In this document: in pieces, positions 15,150 to 27,200 of the stretch
Position numbering within the stretch: the stretch's first letter is position 1
Layout of the letters: each line of letters starts with the position of its first letter
Source of the DNA: Adineta vaga
Lineage: Eukaryota > Animalia > Rotifera
Direction: 5' to 3'
DNA length: 64,000 nucleotides
NCBI GenBank assembly: GCA_021613535.1
Contig: CP075493.1
Location: forward strand, 4,836,001-4,900,000
Made by a program: the position numbers and the translations under genes
The notes under the pieces: model-generated
What the model was told of the DNA's origin: nothing
The model's input: the letters and a program-made list of their open reading frames with translations, nothing else
Database searches by the model: none

Positions 15150-18100
15150 ATGACAGGTGTCTATGATTCGAATACAAATATACGAACGTCAGATGTGAAA
15201 TTACAAGAGGTGAGAAGATAATTTTAAAAACTTGTTTTTTTTTAAATACAATGTACACAGTGTCTTGTATGTATCATTTCTATCCATCGATTATTGACAT
15301 TATTTAGGAAATCTTGTTTTGAGAATGTGGTGTATACAGATTCACAGATTGAAATGGTTTGTTTTTTCTTTTTGTGACATAAAATATATTGATTTATTAA
15401 CAATGATTGATCGAAAATTTCTTTCGTTAATAAGATTATGCACTAGAAACCAATTACGGAGTGTGTTTGTATAGTAAAATAATCAATTGAATATCACATT
15501 GTAATCTGCTATATAATGCTTTTATAATCATGTTTTACTATGATGAAAAAAACAGGTTTTGTTCACAATAGGAAAAACGTCGTTTATCATTATTACAAGA
15601 TTCATTATGTCGTTCGAATGCATTAACAAGTGGTATGGTTTCTACATTAGATAATTTCGAACGTAAATTACAATCATTAGATGAACTTGTTACACCTGTA
15701 TATGAAGCAACTAATGAATTACGTTTATTATTGAATAATGTTGATCAAAGTTTATCACTTGTTGATTCTGTTCTTCATTATTATGATATCTGTGGAGAAT
15801 TAACACCAACTGTTTCATCTGGTCCGGGTGGAGATTTAACGGATTATTTAGCTGAATTAGATCGTTTAGAAGATGCAGTTAAATATTTTAAACGAGTTAC
15901 TGCTGTAGCTGAACGTGAACGTGTAACACAATTATATGATATTGGAAGAAAACGACTTGTTGATGAAACTGATAAACTTATATTAAGATATGCAAATCCT
16001 TTATCACCGAAAGAAGTCATGGAATTATGTGAATCATCAACGACAGCAAATAATATGGATATTCATTCAATGCAAGGTATATCATGAATCAGAGAAATAA
16101 GTTTTTAATTATATTATATTGAAAATATTTTAGAAGCAGATATGGCAACATTAAGAAGAATTATTGAATGGTTTAGTTCACATGGTTTTCGACAAGGTCT
16201 TATCGATTCATATGCAACTAAACGAGGTACAATGATACGACGATCTATTCAACTGTAAGTTCGGTTTTTTTTCGTAAGTAAAAAAGAATATTTTCTATTG
16301 TAAAAACAAACTTTGTAGATTAGAAGAACATTTAAGAAAAACATCAATTCGTCGTGGTTCAACTAATCTACTTTCTGCAAGTCCTAATATGTCTCAACAT
16401 GGAATAACAGGTTCAAATACTTTGAGAAGACAAGGAGGCAAATTAGGGTAAGAAGCACGATTGATTACATTTTTTTTCTTCTTCTGTATATGAGCATTTC
16501 TCTTTATTAGACGGTTTTTTACACCGTAAGTGATATGATAGATACAGCTTCTTCTTTTAGTCTTGCGAACATCGTTATTTTACTAAAACGCTTTTTCTTT
16601 ATGATATTCCGCAGAGAATGAAAGCTTCTAAACAGGATCGTTCTATCTGCATTAGATACTTGATTTTTGATAAACTATACTAAAGAGAATCCGTTATTGA
16701 GTATATGTTTTGCTTATTTAGTGAAATGAGTCGTCGTTTAATGCGTTCACCAGCTGCACCAACTTTACCTCGTGGTACGAATGCTTCTCTATCAACTTCC
16801 ATGACAACTATGGATGATGGTGTAACATTTGAATCAAGTGATGATCGTGATACAGCAAATTATAAATTCTTACTCGATGCATTTATTGCACTCTTACAAC
16901 GTGATCGAGATTTACTGAATTATGTTTTTCCAAAAGAATTACAATCACTTGTATTTACAAAATTAATTGAATTACCATTAGTTCATATGCGTGAAGAGGC
17001 ACAGACTTTATGTGAATCAACTGAACGTTTACCACATAAATTAGATACAGGAAAATTTGCTATCTATGGAATATTTTCCATTTTAAAATGGTTTTTAAAA
17101 TCAAGACCAACATTTTCAAAACTCTATCAAGTATGTTCGATCTGTGAATGATGAATAAAAGTTTTCTTCATTGTACATAGGAAAGTGACATCGCTCGACG
17201 ACAACAATTCACTACACTCTCAGCCACTTTTGAACAATCTGTAAGAATAATCATTATTCAATCATATTCATCGAAATTCGTTTTAGGCTGTTACTTGTTT
17301 ACGTGGAATTATTGATGAAGTTCGATTAGATACATCACCGCCGAGTCAAGGTGGTAATGTTCATCCTTTAACATCCCATGTATTGGCTTTTATGGAAGGT
17401 TTACTGGCGTATGAAGATACAGCAACAATAATTGCTTCGATTTATGTAGAACAAGAGCAAGGTCAGAGTAAAACATGTAAAGTTCTATTCGTAATGTCAT
17501 TACAATTCTTGTAGGAATTAATAATATTGTTCCCTCGGGAACTGACAAAGGTCTTTATGATTTGGGTACATATTTCAGTAAGTTGACGTTCAAAAATGAA
17601 TTATTTAGAAAGAAGAATCTTGTTTGTTTAGCTCAATTGATTCGTTGGCTTCATACAAGTCTAGCAAAGAAATCAGATGGTTATACATCACGTCATGATA
17701 CAACTATTCGATCAATCTTTCTTTTAAATAATGTCAATTATCTTCTAAAACGTCTTGAAACGTATTTTAATGATCGATTCATTTTTCTTTTACAAATTCT
17801 TTTTTTCTATTTTATTTAGTTCACCGATATTTGCAATCATTCAACGTTGTCAACCTGATTTAAAATCTAAATATAATGATGATTTTCAAATGAGTTTAAA
17901 AGATTATACAAAATGGTATATGTTTATATTTTTCAATTGATATTCTTAATTTTCTTTTTTAGTTATACTCCGTTGATCATTGCTATTCAACAAATGCTTG
18001 AATATGATAATGTTAATCGTTTATCCGATGGAAAAGTTTGTTTATTTTTGAGATACTTTGTTTTTCTCTATGTGTCTATTTTTAGTTACGTGATCGTGAT

Positions 18101-18364
18101 CGTGAACAATTAAAAGAAAGTTTTGCATCGATCAATGCAGCTATTGATAATCTACGTCAACAATGTCAAGAATATATTGTTAGTGATGTTGATTTACGTG
18201 ATCGATTAAGAAATGAAGGAAAAAAATTAATCTTAGATATGTATAGAACTTATTATAATAAATTTGCCAATAAAGACTTTACTAAACATCGTGAGAAATA
18301 TATTCGTTATGATCCAACAATATTTGAATTAACTATTGATAATTTTTTTGAACATCGTTTATAA
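15150..18364 (+). CDS. EXOC7: Exocyst complex component 7 (Exo70)
   Basis: Exon 1 MTGVYDSNTNIRTSDVKLQE splices in phase to EKRRLSLLQDSL...MVSTLDNFERKL. Contains GGNVHPLTSHV, SIFLLNNVNYLL and C-terminal FTKHREKYIRYDP. Confidence 0.9.
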
Positions 18365-18460
18365 TTTGATTTATATTTAACTATAGAAATAAATTTCTTT
18401 TATTCGAATAAATATTTATTAATCGATTGTTATTCAATAGAATATATATTACATGATAAG

Positions 18461-21003
18461 TTATAGTTTTCGAGGTTGAATAACCTGTTTCATTCTTTGT
18501 TGATGTCGTAATTTTGCTTTCATACGTGATGGATCGAAAATATTTGAAAATTTTATAAATGCCAAATACATTATTACACCATGTATTGGAAGCATAGCAA
18601 TCATTAAAGCACCAGTTACCACTCCTACGGTTAGTTTACATATCTCTTCCTATTATGCGAATACATTAGATACAGATACAATAATGTAAATATATAACGC
18701 GAAACATACTAGATCTTTTGGATACATAACTGCAACTGTCGATTCAGTTGTTGTAACAGTTCCAGTTAGACTCGGTGGTGGGGAAGCTAAAATATAAATG
18801 AATTTTATATTGATAATTGTTCTCGAATACGAATATTATCAACTGAGAAACTTACAAGTTGTTGTAGTTACGGAAGTAGTTGAAGTTGATGTAGTTGTTG
18901 TTGGAGGTAGTGTCGTTGTTACTATGACTCCAGTAGTTGTCAACTATAATATAATCAACAGTTTAATATAAAATGATTGTTGGATATTCTTACGAGAGTA
19001 TTGATACTAGTCGTTGATGTTGGTCTTGTAGTGATTGTACCTGTTGTGAAAGGAGTAGTCGTCGTTGTCGTTGTTGATGATACTGCTGGATCCCAAATAT
19101 TGAATACCCAAAAGGTTTTATCAGTTATTGGAGCAGATTCTGGACCTATAAATATGAGTTATAATCTATACTTAAGCAATATTATTCATAAATCGATATA
19201 TACCACAAAACTCTGTTCCACTTGCTACACCTAAAAATTACAATCAGTAGTAGATGATGCAAATATTGAATCTAGTAATAAAAAACAACACTGACCGCTA
19301 TCCATAGTGACATAGTAAAAATGGCCAGGGATCCATGGTGCGACAGGAAAACGAATGACAGTAGTGTAACCAGTGTAGGTTATTTCAGGTGACCAACCAC
19401 AGTCATATTTAGCAACAAGTGCGTCATTAAGTGTCGCATCCCAAAAGTAAATAAATGTATCATTACGAGTTGGACGACTGACTGATTTTGAAGCTAAAAA
19501 ATGTGATGATAATAATAATAGCATGTTCTCGTTAGGTAAAAACAAAACCATTCGTCAAAATTTCGTAAAGAAAAAAGTACGTGATATGAATCTTACTTTG
19601 AATGGAAAATAGAGTATGATTTTGAAAGATAGTGCCAAGTGGTGATGCTGATCCTTGTACAAGTTTTGGTCGAATGACATCAGGTGATTCGAAACCAACT
19701 AAAAATGTAATACACCATTGATTTGATTGAATATTTGTATTATCGATAGCACCAGCACAAAATGGTTGTGGACCATACTGATCATAGGTGGGAATCCAAC
19801 TTAGAATTAGATGATAGATATCTGTTATGAAGAAATGAAGGAGATGACGTAAGCGACAAGATACGAACTCACTAGGACTCGGATTAAGAATAACACTCTT
19901 GGTCATACCAACAGGCGTACTGGAAACAAAGTCGGTAATCGTTTTTCCAGCACAAAATACTTGAACGATAACATATTCAGTAACATTGGAGCCAATAGGT
20001 GTACCAATGCAAGCTAATAAAATCGATGTTATAAATGTGAGAATGATGTAAGTTAAAATAGTAATTTACCTCGATTTGGTCGATTACCAATAATAGCCGG
20101 TGGTGTACTACAACCAGAGGGTGCACTATAACCATAGAAAAGAAATTGAAGTGGAATAGAACTCATTGGAGTTGTTGCTAGAGAGTCGTAATAATCTTCG
20201 ATTTGTAATGCAACAGCAGAATAGTATCCAGGTTGTGTAAGAGTAAAAACTATAGTGCAGTTGGTTTGAATAAGAAGAGCGCCAGAAAGACCTGAACATA
20301 CATCATAACATTCATCGTATGAATTGTAGTTGGGAGCTAGAGTAGACCATCGACAATTTAAGATATCGCCACCATCAAAATCAGACATTTGAATGACATG
20401 TACATGTTGAATGTTGACTTCTTTATAGATGATGGGAAGACTGACGGCAACAGGACTAGTATTCAAATAGCCATCAGGGCGAAGAAAAGTATTGATTCGA
20501 TTAGTCACAATCCATCCACCATTAGCACCGATAGTAAGATTTGCAAACCAACAGCATGAGGTAAATGCGATACTGAATGATATGCCAATCGGAAATGTTC
20601 GTGTTTCATATTTTTCTCCAGAACTAACATCAAGTCCTATGTTATAATCGGTACAATGTGTTGATGTATCCATAGTGTTAGGCCATGCACCAATAGAGAC
20701 AGGGACTCAAGAACAGTAGTAGTATCACCAATTAGACCTTTTGCAGCTATGGTTGGATCTGTACACATACATCCGGGATAAGTACGACGCCAAGAATATC
20801 GTTGACGTATCAGAAGAGTAACAGAACCACCCGAAGGAGTACTATTCAAAGGACGCCTAAGAAAACAAATCATTTTTGCTATGAAAAACAAGAAAGAAGT
20901 GCATTTTAACTGACCATGTAATTGTCCCACCACGAAAATGTGAAGCATGTATAACTGAAATAGAGCCAAGTACAACAATAAATATAAGTTGTATTGTCGT
21001 CAT
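18461..21003 (-). CDS. Type I surface protein with N-terminal HFRGGTI motif (Sib/'integrin beta-like' type), Thr-rich stalk and C-terminal TM; apparent frameshift near 20700
   Basis: Signal peptide then SHFRGGTITW; CCW, RPDGYLNTSPV, D-x-D-G-type motif, LQIEDY, PLQFL; Thr-rich exons 18860-19080; TM (VVTGALMIAMLPIHGVIMYLAF). The reading frame shifts within exon 2. Confidence 0.75.
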
Positions 21004-21708
21004 TGGTCCGTCACTAATACTGAAAAAATTCGATGAACAACGTCGCATATTAAACATCTACATAGTAAATATTTACTTAAATTGACAAAATCATTGTGCA
21101 TCCTAATTACCGACAATCAAACAAGGAGAGGAAGGTGTAAGCCAAAAAAGAAAATGCAAACGTCATACCATTATAGATTTTAATGGATATACAAACATAC
21201 TCTGAACTAAATTTGATTTCATGAATAAACTATTTTATTGCTTCCATTACTTAGGAAATTTAAGTAAACTTTGTAGTTATGTTTATTGTGGAATATTTTT
21301 ACACTCTTATAAGTTTTAAACTGCAATCTTGTTAGCAAACTAGTGTCTGTTGATTTACTTCAATCAATATTTGCTGATTCAAATGAAAACACGTGAAATT
21401 ACTTTTAATACTAACAGTGTCAGGCGGTGTTAGAATTAAGCGAAAATTGTCAGAAATAGTTACAAACAATGAGAAATGATTAGAAATCAGTTTGTTCCCC
21501 TTGTGATATCAAAGAAGAAATATCCTACGAAATAAAACCCATCATAGACAATATAGAACCATGTCTTATAGATTAAAGATAAGTTTATATACTTTTATTA
21601 ATTAATTACATTGATATAACAAGAAACAAAAAAGCCGATAATTTTGAGAGATTAATAAGAGAATGAGAGTTTGAGTTAAAAATATTTTGTTATTAGAAGT
21701 CATTTTCA

Positions 21709-24228
21709 TCATGCAACGTATTGAAATCGAAGTGCAACTTTGGGTCCAGCTGGTTTTGGTTGTTGAGTTCGTGCAGCTCGTTTTATTCTTGCTTTTTTCA
21801 GACGTTCTTCTTTAACTGGATCAATACGAAAGACATATTTAAGAATATCCATTATTAATACGAATGAACATGTTAATGCAAGAGCAGTTATGGCAACACT
21901 TGCAAATGATTTTGTCAAAGCTTTTTTCACTTTTAATGCATTTGTTTGATATTCACAATGATTACCGTAATAAAGTGATGGATCTAAACATACACATTTC
22001 CAAGCCAAATCGACTGTTTGACATCTTCCATTATTTGCACAACTGATATTAGCACATAAATCCAGTTTCAATTCACAATTCACACCACTAAAAGCTTGAT
22101 CACATTCACAGTAAAAGACTGTTGCATTATTTGCAGATACTGTAGAATTAACTTCGATACAGGTTCCATTATTCCTATTCATCGAAATATTCAAGTAGAA
22201 TTTTGATTTTAAAATGATGGAAATATCTTACCAACATGTATTTTCTTTACATATTCTTTCATCATTTTGACAAGTAAAACCTGAATAACCTGATTGACAA
22301 TCACATCTATATCCTGAAGGGAGAGTAGAATCCGGGAAGCAAGTTGCAGCATTAAGACACGGTTGTGACATAGCACACGAATCGGATGTAATATTACAAT
22401 AAGCACCTATACTAGCTCCTGGACAATAAAATGGTGGTGGTCGTGTGGTTGTTGTAGTTGTTTGTGATGTTGTTGACATATTTGAGGTGCTCGTACTAGT
22501 TGTAGTTGTACTACTCATATAAACAGTTGAAAGGCTTGCTGAACTGGTACTATTATTTACTGGACCATTAGTGCTACTACCTACTGACACACTACTACTG
22601 CTACTTCCAGGCAATATGCTACTGCTGGGTGTTGCACTGCTGCTACTACCACTACTGTTTGATGATCCAGTGATGCTGTTAGTAGGTGCTACACTGCTGC
22701 TACTACTACTGCTTGATGACGAAATAGCGTTGTTACTTGTTGTGAATGATGCGGACGTGCTTGTGGTGGTTGATGCAGAAGTGCTTGTGGTGGTTGATGC
22801 GGACGTGCTTGTGGTGGTTGATGCAGAAGTGCTTGTAGTGGTTGATGCGGACGTGCTTGTGGTGGTTGATGCGGAAGTGCTTGTAGTGGACGATGTGGAC
22901 TTACTTGTGGTGGTTGATGCAGAAGTGCTTGTAGTGGTTGATGCGGACGTGCTTGTAGTGGTTGATGCGGACGTGCTTGAAGTGGACGATGTGGAGGTGC
23001 TTGTAGTGGTTGATGTGGACGTGCTTGATGCGGACGTGCTTGAAGTGGACGATGTGGAGGTGCTTGTAGTGGTTGATGCAGACGTGCTTGTAGTGGTTGA
23101 TGCGGACGTGCTTGTAGTGGACGATGTGGACTTGCTTGTGGTGGTTGATGTGGACGTGCTTGTAGTGGACGATGTGGACTTGCTTGTGGTGGTTGATGTG
23201 GACGTGCTTGTAGTGGTTGATGCGGACGTGCTTGTAGTGGTTGATGCGGACGTGCTTGTAGTGGACGATGTGGAAGTGCTTGTAGTGGATGATGTGGACG
23301 TGCTTGTAGTGGTTGATGCGGAAGTGCTTGAAGTGGACGATGTGGACTTGCTTGTGGTGGTTGATGTGGACGTGCTTGTAGTGGACGATGTGGAAGTGCT
23401 TGTGGTAGATGATGTGGACGTGCTTGTAGTGGTTGATATGAATGTGCTTGTAGTTTCCTATAAAAAGAAATTCAAATAGTTTTAGTAATTACTCTTACAA
23501 AAAAAGATACTCTAATCTATCACAAAGTTTCTCATTGGTCAAATCCATAATTTGGGTGATTTTTTACATAGTGGCGAGAAAAAGATTAATATACGATATT
23601 ATTAACATTTTTGTTTGATCAGAACCTCTTTTATTGCATTTTATTCTAAATTTTTCCTCGTTACATTTCTTCAATTATAATTAAATAAACTTTTGACAAA
23701 ATATTTTTCTTCAGTTGAATAACGGAAAAAACGCATACACATACAAAATTTTCATAAAAATAAAAGCTTTTACTACTTTTCAAGTCTGTCAGATTTCTTT
23801 CGTCAAGTCAATATATATAATTGCAACTTTTTCATAGAAGAATATTTTCTTATTTATTTCTAAGCAACAGATTAACTTTTATACATTCTACTACATTCTG
23901 AACATTTATTATCTTTACCGTAGTTGTCGCTGTTGCTTGACAAGTATATCCATCGAAATCAATTGTTGTCATTTGTAAACATGACATATCATCTACGTTT
24001 TCATAGGAAGGCGAAACACAATTAAAAAGCGATACTTGTATTGTACTCGGTGCAACACATGTAAATATACTAAAATTCTGCCATTCGATTACAAACGGTT
24101 GAGTTTGTCCATTGACAAAATGAATCATATTTACTAAAAATCCGATTAACACAATTATTTCCTAATCAACATGTCAACTTACTGTAGGTGAAAATAAACA
24201 CCGTCAAGATTATTTTGAGAAAATGCAT
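21709..24228 (-). CDS. Mucin-like S/T-repeat plus EGF-repeat type I membrane protein
   Basis: Signal peptide MHFLKIILT|EIIVLIGFLVNMIHFVNG, Cys-containing N-domain, long S/T stalk, about 3 full EGF repeats (e.g. CAMSQPCLNAATC...CDCQSGYSGFTC), TM (SFASVAITALALTCSFVLIMDIL) and basic tail. Confidence 0.85.
22745..23455 (-). repeat. Coding minisatellite, 24-nt unit (about 29 copies), encoding 8-aa S/T units such as TSASTTTS and TSTSSTTS
   Basis: Plus-strand unit gtgcttgtagtggttgatgcggac with variants; GC-rich relative to flanks. Confidence 0.95.
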
Positions 24229-27200
24229 CTTTCTCTCCAACTAACTTTTTAACAAATGAAAGCAATTGTTTCTTTTTTTTTCATTTAAAAACACATCTGT
24301 TTTCTTCTGTCTCTCTCTCTTAATATATAATTCATTTCGAGAAAAAAACAACACTTTCATTATTTCCAAGAAAAAAAAGATATCAAATATGTAAGAAAAA
24401 GAATAAATAACTCATTTTTTTAAGTTACGTTTTGTTTTTGTCATAGTTCATAATGTTTCGCTTGACTATTTTTGCCATATAACTCACTGAAAACATTTAG
24501 TTGGAGAAATTATGATATTCTAGATGAAATATGATTTGAAAGATGTTAACACATTTACGAGGAAATCAACTGTCTGTTTCAATACTAACAAAGAATGAAT
24601 ACGATGACTCGATATAAATATTTCTTCTTTACTTTTAATCTATAGAATGATATTGCAGAATGCATATAATACGCGATGATATTTTCCTTTGCTGATAAGT
24701 TTTTCAACAAAGATTCGAATGAAATTGTTTTGTTATTACACATTCATATACTTGTAATATATCAAAATATTTAAAATATGAATCAAACGTTATTATATTG
24801 AAAATATATCTTTAGAAGTCCATAGAACAGATGTTCTTTCAATTATTCAAATTGATATTTCTAGCTAACAGCATTTCTCAATGATTATAGAGAATTTTTA
24901 TCTTATAGAATATATTTTCGATCGTAATACAATAAACACACATTCACTATTCGTATAATCTATAGAAGAAAAAAGAACAACATTGAATTATAAAATGTAA
25001 CACGTATTCCAGAATTCTCTACAGAATACTAATCATGATGTTCTTGATCGATCATTGTCACAATCTGCACGACGTGCTTTTTCCTGATATTATTCACAGA
25101 AGAAAAAAACCTTTTCAGAAATATTACTTTGTCTTTATATTTTATCAATATAAATTTTGCTCAATAGTTTATATCATTTACTCAATCAATAGAATTCTAT
25201 ACCATCTTAACAATGAAAAGAATTCTATAGACTATAATAGAATAATATATACAGAAAAAGACGAAGAATTTAATATAAAGAACATTTACAACAGATAGAG
25301 TAAGAGTTTTCTATACACATATACTTTTATTCATGAATGTTAACAGCGCCATCTAGGATTATTTATAATAATTGTCTTAATTTTTCAAGATGAAATAATG
25401 AAATAAAAATAGTAAATTATTTTTCAAAGAAAATCAATGACGAAAAAACTTGTGAATAAATGATTTTGATCCAATCATATGGCAATAGAACAAAGAAAGA
25501 AAGCAAAACGACATGAAATGCTTCTTCCATCCCAAATCAAATCAAATGAATAGATAAAACTCATCAATAGTTGTTCAAGTATTTCTCAATGAAATGATTG
25601 ATAAGAACAGATCAATAACAAATGGAACAAGAAAACATCCTTCTCAATAATTAAAAACCATTCAATTCAAAGCTAAAAAAGTAATCTATTTTATCTAAAG
25701 ATTCATTTTATTAATAACTGCTATAAATTCAAGTGATCCCTGATACCCTTTGTTTATGACAAATGACTTTTTACGTAGATAAGAATATTTTTAATTCCAA
25801 AAAGAAAATGCATACAACATCGAGAGAAATAGTATTCTATTTATTAAAACTAAGTGCATTTATTCCTATTCCTATGAGACTATCTCGAAATAAATTAATC
25901 ATCATTTTGTAACTCAAAATTTATATTTTCTCTTTTCATGCCATAAAATACAAACAAAGTAAGAAGTAGAATTTGCATTTTTCCAAGAAATTAGATGTTT
26001 GAATAGAATTTATGAAATAATCTTCTCATTAGTTGTCTTTGAATAACAAAAACATTTTTTTGTTCTTAATAATGAGTATAGATCAGAATAGATACTCTTA
26101 TCTTCAGCTGACTAGTCAGCATTCTTTCCAAAAATACTCCGTTTTCTTTTCTTATTTCTATCCTTTGAAAGCAGTCCCAAAAGAGATTAGAAAATATTAA
26201 ATCTCAGGTTTGTCACGATCTCTCTGAGCATAAATATTCGATCATATTTTTTGAATTATGCTTCATCGAATCTGTCGATGCATACGTAATTTCTTCCTTA
26301 ACGTGTGCTAGAGTTTGTAAGACTATTTATATATCTTGTTCACTACATCTCTTATTAGCAAAGGAGTGGCAGAAGAAGAAGAAAAAAATTTGTTACATTT
26401 CCTGATAAATAGGTAAATAGTATTTTTCTTCTTATTTCCATCCGAATGAATGACTCTTCAAAAGAAATGAAAAAACAAAGAATTATAAGTTTTTCATGAT
26501 ACTCATTCGCTAAGGAATGGTAAACCGTTACAGTACAGCTGTTCGTACTATTCTAGAAAATGCATTCAGAATAATAAAATTTGAATAAAAATAAGAAAAA
26601 ATATCTTTATTCACGAATGTATTAAGTTGACATCCAATTTTCTAACACAGATTTTCATACATTCTAATTGATTTTATTTGAATCCATATGACATATCTAC
26701 CATCGCAATGAAAGACAAATATAAAGAAAAAGAAATGAAGTTTTATAATGATCTTTTTGTCAAAATAGGTGAGTAGACGATGTGCTGATTTTCGAAAAAA
26801 CAACAACTTGGTTTATATTAGTTTTATACTTTACAAGTAAGTTGCATCGATTCTATTTCGAAACATTGATATTCTTCGAAAACGATCAACCTGACCTGTC
26901 CATAATTACTTGTTTTTCTTTCCTATCTTGAAATGGTATATATTCCATCGTATGCAGTGTATTTCGCGTGATGTATGCGCTGTTAACACTATTCAGTTCT
27001 TAATTTAGTGGAAATATCTCAATGATATATATATATATATGTATAGAGAATTGAATCTATATCGTAATTAGGAAAAGTTGTAATGATCTGGATAGAGATA
27101 ATTTTCTTTCTATTTTTAGTTGTCAATGTAGCAGGAACTTTCTCACTTTGATAAGACCAAAAACAATAAGAAGGGAAATAGAACATGTCAGATGATAGAG

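Noticed and set aside
18977-19234. Val-rich plus-strand ORF
   Set aside because: Shadow of Thr-rich exons on the minus strand.
22745-23455. Possible CRISPR-like array
   Set aside because: Contiguous tandem units with no unique spacers, inside a eukaryotic exon.
22571-23479. 302-aa plus-strand Val/Asp/Leu repeat ORF
   Set aside because: Antisense shadow of the minus-strand S/T mucin repeat; the real frame links in phase to signal peptide, EGF and TM exons.
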